Shown piece after piece: positions 49,199 through 61,700 of a stretch of 64,000 bases of DNA. Within the stretch, counting starts at the first letter, position 1. Each line of letters starts with the position of its first letter. A model generated the notes under the pieces. It was not told the origin of the DNA. It saw only the letters and a program-made list of their open reading frames with translations, and ran no database searches. Both the position numbers and the translations under genes were made by a program. This stretch comes from Hyphochytrium catenoides (Eukaryota; Protista; Hyphochytriomycota), in contig FLMG01000807.1 of NCBI GenBank assembly GCA_900088475.1, forward strand, positions 46,605 through 110,604, read 5' to 3'.

Positions 49199-50170
49199 CT
49201 ATTGGACAAAAAGCTGTGCAATCTCCCGCATAGGATGCTTCTTAGGCGTCGGGCCCCGGCGCCGGATAGGGTTCGCGCCCTTGAGAGTCCTTATCCCAAC
49301 TCCTCCAAACATATCACGGCACATCATGTCCGAGAAGGTGATGCGATGTGTGGCGACTCCTGGCGGCGGCGGAGAGCCTTTGGGAATATGAATCTGTTCA
49401 ATGTACTTTCCTTCGGCAGCAGGGTTGAAGGGATCAAAGAGAACATGCGGGGATCCCATGGTATAGAGGCTCTCAATCGTCCGCTCCAACTCAAGATCAA
49501 AGCGCTTCCACTTCGCCTTTCTTCCTGTAGGGTTGTTGTCATACCGGTATTCCCATCGAATGGAAGGATCATACTCCATATCACTAATCCACTCGTCTAT
49601 CTTTACCGCACTGTAGATGCGCTTCGCTGCGCCACAGTCACACTTCTTCTCTCCAAACCCCTTGCAAATGCAGTATTCGCATGCACAGCGCTTCTTAAAG
49701 ACGGGTGGATACTTGCAATGGGGGCAAATGCGGTTCGGAGGAAACGGGGCATCGCGTCCTTGTATGGTCCGGAAGAGATGGCCTCCCAAATGTCTTCTAT
49801 CTTCAATGTCTTCAGAGAGTGTCGGTCGACATCGTGGATAGTCCTCGGACACTTTCATACGCTCTAACTTTTCAGCTTGCGCGATCGGTCCGAACACATC
49901 CTTCACCAAGCCTGTAACTGGATCTCTGGGAACGATAATTTTTCCTTGCGCATTTCTGTGGATGCCCTGCGCTCTCTCCCTTGAGCGTGCGGATAGCTCT
50001 TCCTCTGTTGGCTGACGTTTGGCGCTCAATTGCTCGCACATAGGTTTGTGCGCCTTCCACGCCGCTTTTTGGCATTCCTTAGAGCAATATCGAGCAGTTT
50101 CACAGGCACTGCAAAGTAATAGCCTTCCAGCTTCCTGCTGGGTCTTCTGACAATTCGCGCATGCGTCCAT
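49199..50170 (-). CDS. MYND zinc finger + Cys-rich module + WWE-like domain protein, intronless
   Basis: CANC..LLLCSACETARYCSKECQKAAWKAHKPMC (zf-MYND); CPHC..CACEYCIC..CDC; RWEYRYD..WKRFDLELERTIESLYTMG..HRITFSDM..PIRR (W-W-E pattern). Confidence 0.8.
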   Translation of the reverse strand: MDACANCQKTQQEAGRLLLCSACETARYCSKECQKAAWKAHKPMCEQLSAKRQPTEEELSARSRERAQGIHRNAQGKIIVPRDPVTGLVKDVFGPIAQAEKLERMKVSEDYPRCRPTLSEDIEDRRHLGGHLFRTIQGRDAPFPPNRICPHCKYPPVFKKRCACEYCICKGFGEKKCDCGAAKRIYSAVKIDEWISDMEYDPSIRWEYRYDNNPTGRKAKWKRFDLELERTIESLYTMGSPHVLFDPFNPAAEGKYIEQIHIPKGSPPPPGVATHRITFSDMMCRDMFGGVGIRTLKGANPIRRRGPTPKKHPMREIAQLFVQ

Positions 50171-50995
50171 CTTGATCTTAGGTTGACTGAGAGCAAGACG
50201 GAGCTAGGCTCTGTAAAATTCAACTCCACTATAGCGAAGATCCACCAACTTCCTTAGAAGAAGCCAGCGAGAGGCTTCCCGACCTTATACCAGGACTCTA
50301 TGAGAGTTTACTGGCTTCTCCTGGCTGTCGGTCCTGCAACCAACCTTCTCTCAGGCAAAGAAGAAGCAGGGCAGCGAGCAGCCAAGGACTTTTCTTCTCA
50401 TGAAGATCCATCGCCTTTTCTCTTTGCAGGTTCGCACATATCGACGCCACGTAGCCGCTAACGCCCACCGCACCGCGTCCATCCAGCTTTGGTTATCATT
50501 TGTTGGTTACTTAGCATGTTGTGGGGGCTGTTACAAACAATACCTGCCAAAAGGTATGGCATTTCTGTAGTGTTACCTTAGGCTTTATGACACAACTTTC
50601 GTCGGTCTGACTAACAATTGCCCCACCCATCTCGTTGAGCTTAATGCCCGTCTTTTCCTTCAGGCGTGGGTGGTTACTGCACTCTCGGTAGGGTGGATGG
50701 GTCATGGCAGTTAGAGAATGGGTAGGTGATGTGGGTGTTACAAGACAGAAGTGACGGTGAGGCTGCGGCGCGGGAGCCAGCACCGGCCGCCGCTGCACCA
50801 CTGCCATCGCTCGCCCACGCTGCGATGGTCCGATAGCCTGAAGCGCGTCTGGAAGAAGCTCCCAGACTCTATTTAAAGATCACTTTGCCTCCTCAAGTTG
50901 CTATATGTTGTACTCATCCGTCACCGGGCACTTGGGTTGAAGAAACAAAGAGTACACTCAGAGGAGCGCTAGGCAGCTCTCCTTTTGAAAGCAGG

Positions 50996-53739
50996 ATGTC
51001 GGTCGACATCTGGCTAATAATTGTTGTCTGCGTCATCGCAGTGCTCCTGATTGTTGCAAATGTATATGCGCTAGTCTATTTCCAGCATCCAGATGACAAG
51101 AACACCGCCTGGATGCCGAAGATCCTCGTGGTACAGTCTGCAAACCTATCGCTGTTATGGTCTTCGTTGAGCCATGCCTCACCTGCTCTTGCCGTTGACA
51201 GATCTTGGGCTTTTTCTTCGCTGAGGCCGCAATCCTGATGTTTCCTCTTGACGTGGTAAGTAAAGATCTGTGTGCGAAAGATGCCGGTTCGCCGTTAAGA
51301 TGGCTCTGCATGGTTGCAGGCAAACCAAGCTGGCGCTGTTGGCTGCGCTGAGGGTTGGAATCCAGCATGCGGTGGGCTTGATATGGAGACGATGTGGTAC
51401 ATTGTCTTCATATGTATCATTGTTTCGGTGATTGTCCTGATCCCGTTCGCAATCTACTACTACGAGGCGGATGACGGTGATGAGTAAGTCTCCTTTTCTC
51501 TCTTTGGAGATCTATAGCCAACACTAACGTAGAGCATTCTGCAGCACTCCGGTCATCAAGAAGCTTATTCAAGCCTTTCAGTATGAGTTCGCGACTGTCG
51601 TGGTGGCTATATTAGTCCTTCTCATCTCCTTCCAGTACCTCTCAACCACAAACATTCCACTAAAGATCATCAGCGGCTTCGCTAATGGGACCTTCCCTGA
51701 TGTCGCTGGTACGTCGTACAGGACCAAGCAGAGAGAGAATAGTCGGCTAACGCTCTATTTACATGGTAGTGGGCGAGTCGGACACCGCATCAGACTTTTA
51801 CTTGTCCGAAGAGATGATTGATAAAGCTGCAAGCCTCAGTATGACAAGTACCGTGCTGGATATGAAGGTAAGTGTGGAAGATTGACAGACCGGACGTTGG
51901 AGCTGCTAACAATATAGCTCTTTCCCAGGTCACATTCACCGTTTATGCCATCGCGTTAATGTCGTTCTTTGGCTGGTTCGTCTTCATTTTCTTTGGGGGG
52001 ATTGGTATGGTCGCGTTGCCGATTGACCTCATCATGGCATTCGTCTACCGGCCAAAGTTCATGCCCGCTGATATTTACGCGGAGCAGAAGGTAGCGGCGT
52101 CGGAGGAACGTTTGTCTAACTCTGTCTCTGCATATTTTCTAACTAAATGCTGGAAATAGCTTGCTCTGCAGCAAAGGACGCAAGAGATTATTGAGATTGG
52201 CGAGCTGATGAAGCAGGACAGGAAGGTGAGATCTTATGAGACAGAGAGACCTACACTGAGTTGTGGCTGATCTATTACCTTAATGATAGAAATGGAACCA
52301 GGAGAAGCACAGCCGCCTCGAGACAAGACGTCGGAAGGAGCTTGACCGCATCACCATGAACAAGTTCAAGCAGGTGCGCCCAATTCTCCACCTATAACTT
52401 GTAGAAGCTAGGCTCTGATCTCTGCTTCGTTCTTGCGCTTCTCCTGACTAGATGGTGTTTCTCATGGAGAAAGACTATGACGAGCTCCGCGAGTGCCACC
52501 TCGAGTATAAGAACCACAACCCACTCATTCCTTTCGCCAAGCTTTTGCTGGGAATTATCAGGTAGCGCAGCTCAGTCCAGTCCCTTTTCCCCCACTACTC
52601 TGGTTGTTGAGTCTGCTTACCTCTCTCTCTCTCTCTTCCTGATCAATCTCCTGCGTTACGCTCAGCTTACTGGTATCCATCATCTGGGTGGTGCACATCG
52701 GCATCTACTTGTTGCCTGGAAGGTTCAGCTTGCATCCCTTCCTGAACACGTACTTCATGTGGTTCGACCAATGGTTCCCTCTGTTTGGCACCATCTCCGT
52801 CGGTATCTTCACCCTGTACCTCCTGACGGCTGTGGTCGCGGGCTGCTTCAAGTTCGGAATGCGTTGCTTCTGCTGCTCGGTAATGTTCCACGATAAAGCG
52901 GGAGCTATTGACACTCATAAGCGCTGACTCTCTTGTCCCTGTTATCCAGCTCCACCCAATGAAGTTCAACGGAACCTACATGAACTCTTTCCTCTTCAAC
53001 CTTGTGTACGTACTAAACCTTAAGTAGCTCTTCTTCCTGGTAGTCGTTCTTACTACTTCCGTTATGGAGTTCTTTTGAGCTCTTCTTTCACTCTCCGTTC
53101 GTCGATGTTGCTCTGGACTTATTGTCGAATCTTACCCACGGGGTTCTCGCAGACACTTGGTCTCTCTCTCTTCCTCACACATTCTCTGTCTCTCTCTCCT
53201 CTTTTCCTCTCGCTCTCCCACTCTCTTTCTCTCTGTCTCGCTCTCTTGACTTCCACAATTGATATCTTGCAATGACTTACATGCTGTCGTCTCATGTTAA
53301 CATATTTCTCATCGTTGTCCATTAGCTTGATCCTTCTGGCAGTTATCCCGGTGGTGCAGTTCGCGGCACAAGCCTTTCAGGAATACGCCCGCCTCACCAA
53401 CATCTACAGTAAGTCAATGGAAAGCTTCCATTTCTTCTTCATGACGATGCACAAGCTCACAATCCTGTTCGGCAGACATCTTCGGGTCACAGGTCCGCTA
53501 CTTGCGGTTTTTCTCCATCTTCTTCAACTATAACATCTTCATCTACATCTTCGTCGCCATCATACTTTTAACGGTGATGTACCTGGTAAGTGCTATGTCT
53601 AGTCTGCCAAATGACGGAAGCCTAACTTTATTGCTCCTTCCCTGCGACCGACCACAAGACTGCTGCTCCCTCGGACAGACCAGTGACTGTTCACGAGATG
53701 CGCGAATCAATGAAGAAGAGGTCACTCATGGACGCGTAG
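50996..53739 (+). CDS. LMBR1/LIMR-family multi-pass membrane protein
   Basis: MSVDIWLIIVVCVIAVLLIVANVYALVYFQHPDDKNTAWMPKILV..LMFPLDVANQ..IPFAIYYYEAD..GWFVFIFFGGIGMVALPIDLIMAF..HPMKFNGTYMNSFLFNL..QAFQEYARLT. Last exon ends SLMDA* at 53739. Confidence 0.92.
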
Positions 53740-54066
53740 ATGGACGCGTAGCTTGTAATGGTGTTCCGCTCATTGCCACCACGTTGATGAGCCTCCAGAG
53801 GAAATTATGTCATTGACAGTGTTTATGTGCTCGCCAATCTACCAGGAGATCCAAAGACTATGAAAAAGCTAATAATATTAGGCACTCCTCCGCACCGCAG
53901 CTACGACAACTGAAACTAGGCTTCTTTTCCTTGCTTTCATCCTTTTTTTCGTCTTAAGATTCGCCGCTGACAAGATATCTCTCGTTCTCGCCGATACGGA
54001 TGAATCCTGGCGATGGATACTCGTTCGCCACCTCACAGTTTATGAGGCAGGTATCTTCGACAAGAC

Positions 54067-56133
54067 TCAATGCTTGTAAAAGTTCACAAGGGCGAGTAAC
54101 GAGACAATGATAATGGCCACGAAGGTAGGCCCAAAAGCTGAAACGAAGTAGAGCAGCGCTGCCACCTCTCCAATGGAGCTCATGCGATAAGCCATCCGCC
54201 ACACTCCTCCATGGAAACTTCCTTGGGTGAACAACTGCAGAGGGTTCTTCAGTTTGTTGGTGGGGCTAGCCACCGACTGTGGATTGCTGCAAAAGGAAAA
54301 GGAATCAGCCCAGAGGGAAGAGAAGAGAAAGCCAGGATTCGCTAGTGGCTGATGTCCTTATTGCCTTCCTCCAGTCTCTCTTTGTTATATACGTGACCAA
54401 TAATTGCGATCGATGACGTACCGAAGATCATTAATCAGGAGGGCACACATCACTGCGTTTGACGTTTCCTGCATGAATACTTCCAGCGGTTCGAAGAAGC
54501 GAAATCCTCCATAAGCCCAGGCAAACTGCCTATTGTGCACCACCGAAGCCGTCGCGGTGGATGGAGCAACGTTGGTAGATACAAGGTGTCCTGCAGACCG
54601 CGCTGTCATAGCCCTCCAGTGCTGTTTACGACAGAATCAGAAAAGAAATGAGGCATGAGTTAAATGGTCCTAGCTAATCACACTATCCTTGTCATTGCAG
54701 AGTACCTGAAGACGCTTGGCAAGAGCATAGTTGGGTCCCTGAGGCACTACGAAAGCGTCTACAATGTGCATCTGGGTGCCATCATCTGTGGTGACAGGCT
54801 TCCGCGCGTTCTTGGTGACGTATTTTCCACCGCTCAACAACCTGATGACGGACATAAGGAGGTTGAAGGGAGTCGTTGCTTCAAATCTCTTCTTTGATTC
54901 TTCCCAAGCTTCCTTGGGAATGACGTGGGCGTCCGTGGGCGTGCAAAGATATGCCAACGCTGTGTTGGGTCTCTTCTCGGTTACACCTTGCACGATAGCG
55001 TCCATTGCCAGAGAGACGCGCACATGAGCTTCACCATCTAGATAGGCGTAACTGCCGATGATAAGGCTCCTTTCAGGATAAAGCTGTGTGATCCAGTTGC
55101 GGATCTCAGGGGTCTGTGTGAAGAGATTGCACCCCGCGGCCGCATAGAGGTCCTCTTTGGAGCCCAACTGGTCCTGCGGCATGTTCAGAGGGAAGGTGAT
55201 AGTTCCACTGGAGTTCTCTGTCGCCTCAATGAGCCGTTTCCAGATCTGCGGCCTGTCCAAATCGATCGCGATAATGTTGGCTCCCAGCGAGAGAAGAGTG
55301 AGGAACGGACCCATAGCTGACCCAGCACCAAGGAGAACAAAGGACTTGTCTGACAAGTCCAACCTGCAGGCAGACCGCTCGTTAGGTGTCATCTTCAGGA
55401 CGCCGCCACGTGGAGAGTGAGACGCAGCGAAAGAAGAGATATGGAGAGATGGGGTATGCAGCAGGCGACGGCACCGACCAGTTGGGGCTTGCGATCACGG
55501 CCTTGATTGCAGCAGCAGCGGAAGGCTCGATTGTCCCCGCTGCGGCCCATTTGTCCACTTGATAGACGAGGTCATCGCCACTGAGACGCGTGTTTTTGTA
55601 GGGCACCTCGAGCCTAAGATTCTGTCGTGGTGGTTAGCATTAGAGGCAAAATCTCCTTTGTGGGGGAGAACAAGGCTAGCCCAGTACCTTGTCAGCAGGT
55701 TTCTTGCCCTTGATAAAGCCGGTGTGAAAGCTGCTCGACGTGTTAGACTGCATGGCGCTGGCTAGACTGGTTGTCTTGCCGTCACGAGTGAACTCAAAGC
55801 TGTTGTGCAGGTAGTCCAAACCAGCCTTTGCAATGACCAAGGCATTCTTATCGTTCTTGGCGCTCAGCTCTACGTGCTCTAAGAAGTACTAGACGGGACA
55901 AGGTCAGGAAGATCCGATGCAACCGTAGCTCTAGCATATAAGGTAGCTACCTTGTCATACTTGAACCTCCAGTTTCTCTCTTTTTGGATCCTCTCGGCCA
56001 AGCTGGCATCCACATCACTCACTGCAGCAGCCAGGGTCCCTTTGTTGGCCGCTGTGGTGCTACGGTCGGCCTTGGGGCCTGGAGGAAAGAGCACACCTTC
56101 AGGAGGTCCTCTGGGCTCTCGTTTGCCTGGCAT
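54067..56133 (-). CDS. Conserved uncharacterised protein with a Rossmann-like dinucleotide-binding motif and C-terminal membrane anchor
   Basis: Exons give GVLFP..RSTT..NWRFKY, VPYK..LSGDDL..GTIEPS, LDLSDKSFVLLGAGSAMGP..IIAIDLDRPQIWKRL, SYAYLDG, LAYLCTPTD, QGPNYALAKRLQHWRA, VSTNVAPSTATASV, FHGGVWR and a hydrophobic tail. Confidence 0.85.
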
Positions 56134-57531
56134 CTTGCTAAGATTTTCCAGTCACAATCACAGATTCTGAAGACTCAATACGCTGTCGTCGACCTAGACT
56201 TACTATCAATACGCCTGTTTAGGTCAGCGGTGCGCTTCTCGTTGCAGTCTGAGGACTATCCTAGTCGGAGACACGTCCTCCGATAGAAGCTTCATCAGAC
56301 TCATTGAAGGATCTTTCATCATCTGACAGCACCGCAGTCCCGCTGATTCTTTTGGACCTCTGGACGGCTGTCATCACCGGTCAGAATCCCTGTCAGCATC
56401 CTAACCGTTACCGGCGCTCTGTCATAGAGCTTCAATGGGGACTTTCTGATGTTTGGAGGACGACGAAGCTTTCTGCTTCCAATGGCAGAGCTTTGATTGG
56501 GAAGATCTTCTCCAAGCTCATGTGTGCCTGGCAGATCTTCAGTCCTACGTCTCCAGCATTGCTCTCGGCAGCATTCAAGGTAGAGACTCCAGAAGCTACC
56601 TTCCAGGACTGTCCTAGCTATCTGCTGTTGACTTGGACCTCGTATCTGCTGCACTTTCTCAAAGGTATTACTTCGCACCATCATTGACTTGAGGGAGTTA
56701 GCCTATAGTACTGCAGGTAACACTAAGTCAACGGGCAGACGTCATCTTTAAGCTACTTATTGGAGGGCAGAAGTCAAGAGGTGCAGCCCACGCCCGTGGG
56801 CATAACCGTATCTCTCCAGACTGAACAGTCTATCGGCATAGTGGTGGCGCTCCAAACATTTTTTAAAAGGAGTCACCTTGGCTTTCTTCGCAGGTTGTCA
56901 TCTCCTGTTGTCGATATTAGCTAGAGCCGGTGTCCTCCTTCCGCGGCTGGTTCTGCTCTTTTGAGCAGAGTACAGCGGACGCACTTAGGTCTTCTTCGGA
57001 TCCTCGTCGACACAGTCTCGATTCCATCTTGAGCCCCTGATTAGGACAGCTCACCCTTTCCTCTGCAGTCCATTGGCATCAGCCTATAACAGGCTTCAAC
57101 GGCGATGTTCTGATCATGGACAGGCCATCGTCTGTTGTCACGGAGCCCGTTGTTTAGGCTAGGATCGAGGCCCGTAAGGAGCCTTTTTCAACTTTGTCTC
57201 AGCGAAAGGGAAATTCATGCCAGGCTATCATCATCTTGCAATCTCCGTCCATCTCGTCCGTCACTGTTAAAGGAGTCCGCTTCAATGCTGCATTGAGTCG
57301 CTTGAAGCTTCAAGCTGGCCATTAGTCTGGGGCTTCTTCTTCCTAGAGGCATTGCTCGTCCACGCACTATGGGAAATGAGGCATTGTTAGTAGAGGCCAT
57401 AAGCAGGAAAGGTTGAGGATAGTGGGCGCGTAGAGTAAGCTTCTACACTAACAAGAAAGCAAGGCACACAGATGAGTAGCGACGGATGGAAAAGTGACAT
57501 GCGATTGGACACTCCAGCAACAGTGAACGAC

Positions 57532-58164
57532 TCAAGCGACATCTCTCACTAGGTGCAAGTGAGCCATTGATTTGCAAGCGCGATCGATAAGGCCATCAGA
57601 AGGAGTTAGACGCACAGTCCCCAGGGAGTCGTGAAGGACTGGTGCGCACCTTATGTCCTCAGTAGATAAGTTTGATCGTTGTAGCTGCACTTGAGGCGGG
57701 ATTAGAGGACCGCCCTTATTTTTTGTCCCCGGTCTCTGCTTAGTACCACTAGTAGCTGAGGTAGGTCTGGTCGAAGCAGTTGGCTTCTGAGCTGAGACTG
57801 AGGAAGGAGACAAAAACGCTCCTAGGCCTGTACCAGACTTCGAAGACGTATCGCCAAAGAGATCTAGCGCTGATGGCAATCTCACTGCTTTCTTTGCGGA
57901 AAGTGGAGCCGCCTCTGCTGGACGTTTTTTCGCCAATGTGACTACCGCTGGCTTGCTGCTGACTGCATGGAACAGACTGTGAGCATGGAAGTCCAGTCAT
58001 TAGTGTCCTCCAACCAGGATATCCCTACCGGGTACTTGTGCCGATACTGGAGTCTTTATATCCTTCTGTAAGGTGCCATTAGCTGCGATGAGAGCCTGCG
58101 GTTCCCCAGTCTCCTCGTCAGAGTCGGATGAGGACCCATACGCTGCAAGCAAAGACAGCGACAT
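57532..58164 (-). CDS. Small low-complexity hypothetical protein (3' end uncertain)
   Basis: ATG at 58164 gives MSLSLLAAYGSSSDSDEE. The second exon has KKRP..RLPSALDLF..LIPPQVQLQRSNLSTEDI followed by a GT donor. Confidence 0.6.
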
Positions 58165-58773
58165 CGTACCACGCACTGGCCCTTTGACGGATGGTCACTA
58201 GATCACTACGAGGAGGCGGCGAGGGCGCAGCCGGACTAGTCCCTCTAGAGCTGCACTTAGAAGGGCGCTTTCGCTCTGGCCCTTTGCCTCCAATTTGTGC
58301 TTTGTCATCGTGGTGGCCGCATTGTCAACGAAGATCATTGTGGTTTATAAAAGACCTCCCCCAGGAGAAGGATTTTTGGTGCAGACAGATTGGAGCGTTG
58401 ATACCTGATAAAGCTTTGACGACTAACGAAAGAGATATCTCCTACTCTACCTGCAAAAGATCTGCAAAGCTTCATCCCAACTTTCGACGAAGATCCCGAT
58501 CGATCAAGTCAACGAAGCTCACAGCACTCAGGACCATTGATAGAACTATGGGTGAAGGAGGTAGAGGACCTGCTTATAAACTGGGGGATCGGGAACAAAG
58601 CAATAAGCAGGAGCATATCTTACTGGCAGGTTTTTAGACCTTGGGAGGCTTCTTGACTCCAAATTTGAGTCTATCACGCTCTTTTCTTTCTAGAATACTT
58701 TAGCAAAAATAATAACTAACTGAGGTAATGGGAGCTGGGAAGTGCCTCAGAAGACATCTTCTTTCATCCGAAT

Positions 58774-61700
58774 CTACCTGGGAGGAGATGTTGATGTGAC
58801 TTTGAGCTGCTGAACGCAAGAGACCAGCAATCCGCTCCGGCTGAGGCCGGAGACGTGGAAAGCCTCGCTCCGCAGCACTGCGGATAGGTTTTGCAGAATC
58901 CATAGACCGCTAGCCGCTCCAAGGTGCCCTAGATTAAGAAGTTCAGCAATTCCCAGCACGTCTACCGCCACATCTGCACTGAGCCGGCGGGCGAGCTGAA
59001 CCTCACAGCAGTCCTGGAGTCTCTGCAGCAACAACTCGTTTGACACCATCAGTAGCGAAAGAAGCTCCTGCCCTGTAAGTGCCTGTAGACGAAAGAAAGT
59101 TCAGTACGAAAGGGTCATCAGCAAGGAAAATGAATAAAAGTAATGAAGATAAGGGCAAATCAGATGTGTCGGCATAGCGTGTCAATGCCCAGCTGCTGTT
59201 TCTCACCTCCAGAGATATATTGTCGGTGTAGAGGTAGCGGAGGAGGTGGCGCAACACGGCCTCAGAGGAAGCCTCAAGGAACAGTGAGGACCGTTCAGAA
59301 TCCACCATCCCCGAGCGGTACAGCCCAGCAAACTTTTCACACCGAGAAGCCAGGAGCGACTTGTGGACCTGTGGAATGTTTGGTGAACAGAGATTCATAG
59401 GGTAGTTGACAGTGCAAGGCTAAACATGGGTAGAGGGAAAGGCGAGTGCATTCAATGATGCGGCCCAAGGAGAGACAAGCTGGATGACAGATGGACAGTG
59501 CAAGCATCGCAGGCAACGAGTTGAGCGCAGTACGAAAGCATATGTGGTCGATGGTTAGAAAGTCAAATGCATGACAGATTAGCTAGAGCGGAAGGGCCTG
59601 GGTTGACATACGGGCATGGCATAGTCTGAGAGTGAGTCAATGACGTTACAGTCCTGGTACAACGGACTGGCCATGGCTGCTTTTAGTTCGCGCATTAGCA
59701 AGAGCACATTGGGCGCCATTTTCTCCTGCTGCAGGTTGAGGGAACCCTCTGAGAGAGCAGAATTACCGCGAAGGTTGTGAGACGAGATCACTTGAGGATG
59801 TGATGGAACAAAGGAACCCCGAGGTCATGTTCGGGAAATTAGGGAACAAAAAGTGAGAGAGGCACAGACAGACACCCAGGAAGAAGAGGACCGCCAGCAC
59901 ATGATACCGCACCTCTTGCTTCGTTCAGCTTGAGCTCTAGATACCGCGCCTGGTCCACTGCCATACCCCTGCCATAAGGGCAGTGAGCATTAAGGAAAGG
60001 GCCTTACTTCGCCCTCTCCGCCGCGGCCTCTTTTCCTTGGTCTCTACCTCTTTGTGACTTACAGTTGCACCATTGTATCTCGGTTCTGGAACATGAGCTG
60101 TCCATAGGTTAGCTTTCGCTTCTCCGCAACCTGAAGGACGTCTCGCGGAGCGTGGACTGAATGAAGCCAGCGAGTCACTACTACCTCATCAAAGTAACCT
60201 GGGAATTGCATCCAGTGGGGCGGTGAGAGACCAGTAGTTCAAAGATGAGAGCGAGAAGGAGGCACAAGATGCGCGAGAACCGAACCGAACAGAGCGCTAA
60301 GTGAAGCCGCAAAGACTGAGGCATTATAAGTGGGTAAGGAAGCAGGGAGCGTGCCGGTAGCAACTGGCGGAAGCGATCTCATGCTCAAGAAAAGTGAACG
60401 ATTAGACCGTCGTGGGCGATATCGGAATTCCACAGAACAGAGAGAGGAGGGGTTGGCAAGCAAGGAGAACGGAAGGAGCTATCGTCCTGATTCAGTGTTA
60501 CCATTCGTTTGCAAAGCCCTTATTTGCCGTTTGCACCACCCATGAAGGGCATCTCTCACATCTTCGAGCCTCTCCTTTGTTCCATTCGCAAACTCCTCGG
60601 CCTTGATCCAGGGCAGACCTAGCTTCGTCGCTTGATCGGCAGTACCTTCCATCTGAATATACCATCTGTTGACAGAAGGTCAAAATAGTTGGCCAATCTT
60701 GTGAAGTTATAAACGATAGGCTAGAGTGTGTTGCCTCACTGTGCGTATTCCTTAAGATCGTCCGCCGTGAGCATTTCCGCGAAGGTCACAATCTCCTCCA
60801 CATTCTGCTTTGTAAGCAGATGGCCTAAGCGATGCTCAAGGACCTTTTGCAGCCGATCTAAGAGGAATCGATTGGCCAACGTAGCAAGTTCCATAAGAAG
60901 GCTAACGTCGTGATGCGCAGGGACTTCTCCTAATGCAGAAAGAGCGACAGACATTAGTATGAAGGCTCCCAACGTCCTGCGTGAGAGCCAGCTATACCGC
61001 TACATATCTTGCCCTTCCCATCCGTCTTCACCGTTGTCTCCGTCAGTGGTTGGACCACAAGGCGGCGCACTTACCAGTGTAGAGATAGCCTAACAAGCTT
61101 TGGAAGGCCTCAAAGGTGCATCCTTGGATCTCCACGTCCGTTGCGCCGGTCTCCCGCATATTGCTGGTGAACATCACTTGGAAGTACTCACAGCGCGCAG
61201 CGAGCAGCCACCTATGAGCCCTGATACTACGCCCATTCACCTAACAAATTGCCATAAGGACACCTGGGCGGCTCCTGAGGTGGTGAGGAGGTAGCGTACC
61301 AGAAAGGATATATCGCTAAAGGTCTCGGAGTCTTGTAGCCGCCGAAGGTCCTGTATGTAAGTTGACGCTGCAATCTCCTTGGGTTCGATGGCTGTTCAGG
61401 AGCAAAGAGACGGATAATGTTGAAATTGAAGAACAGTTAGCATCACACTTGCGACAGAAGGAGGATAGGTATTCAGGAAGCAACCACGTTGAGGTAAGGA
61501 GCAGCCAAAGGAACAGTAGTCGAAAGATGATAGAGAGAAGCGAGAATCACGCATAGATCCCTTGTTAAAGATACTTACCGCTGGCTCCTCTTAGCTTGAT
61601 AACCTCCAAGAACTCAGAAGTCACCGCCGCTCCGTTATTGAAGAGGCAAACTAACGAGCCCATGGTGCCCTCTGCCCATGCTGTCAGGGCAGCAATGCAG

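Noticed and set aside
49034-49867. 277-aa ORF on the plus strand
   Set aside because: Antisense shadow of the MYND-WWE gene, with no domain signal.
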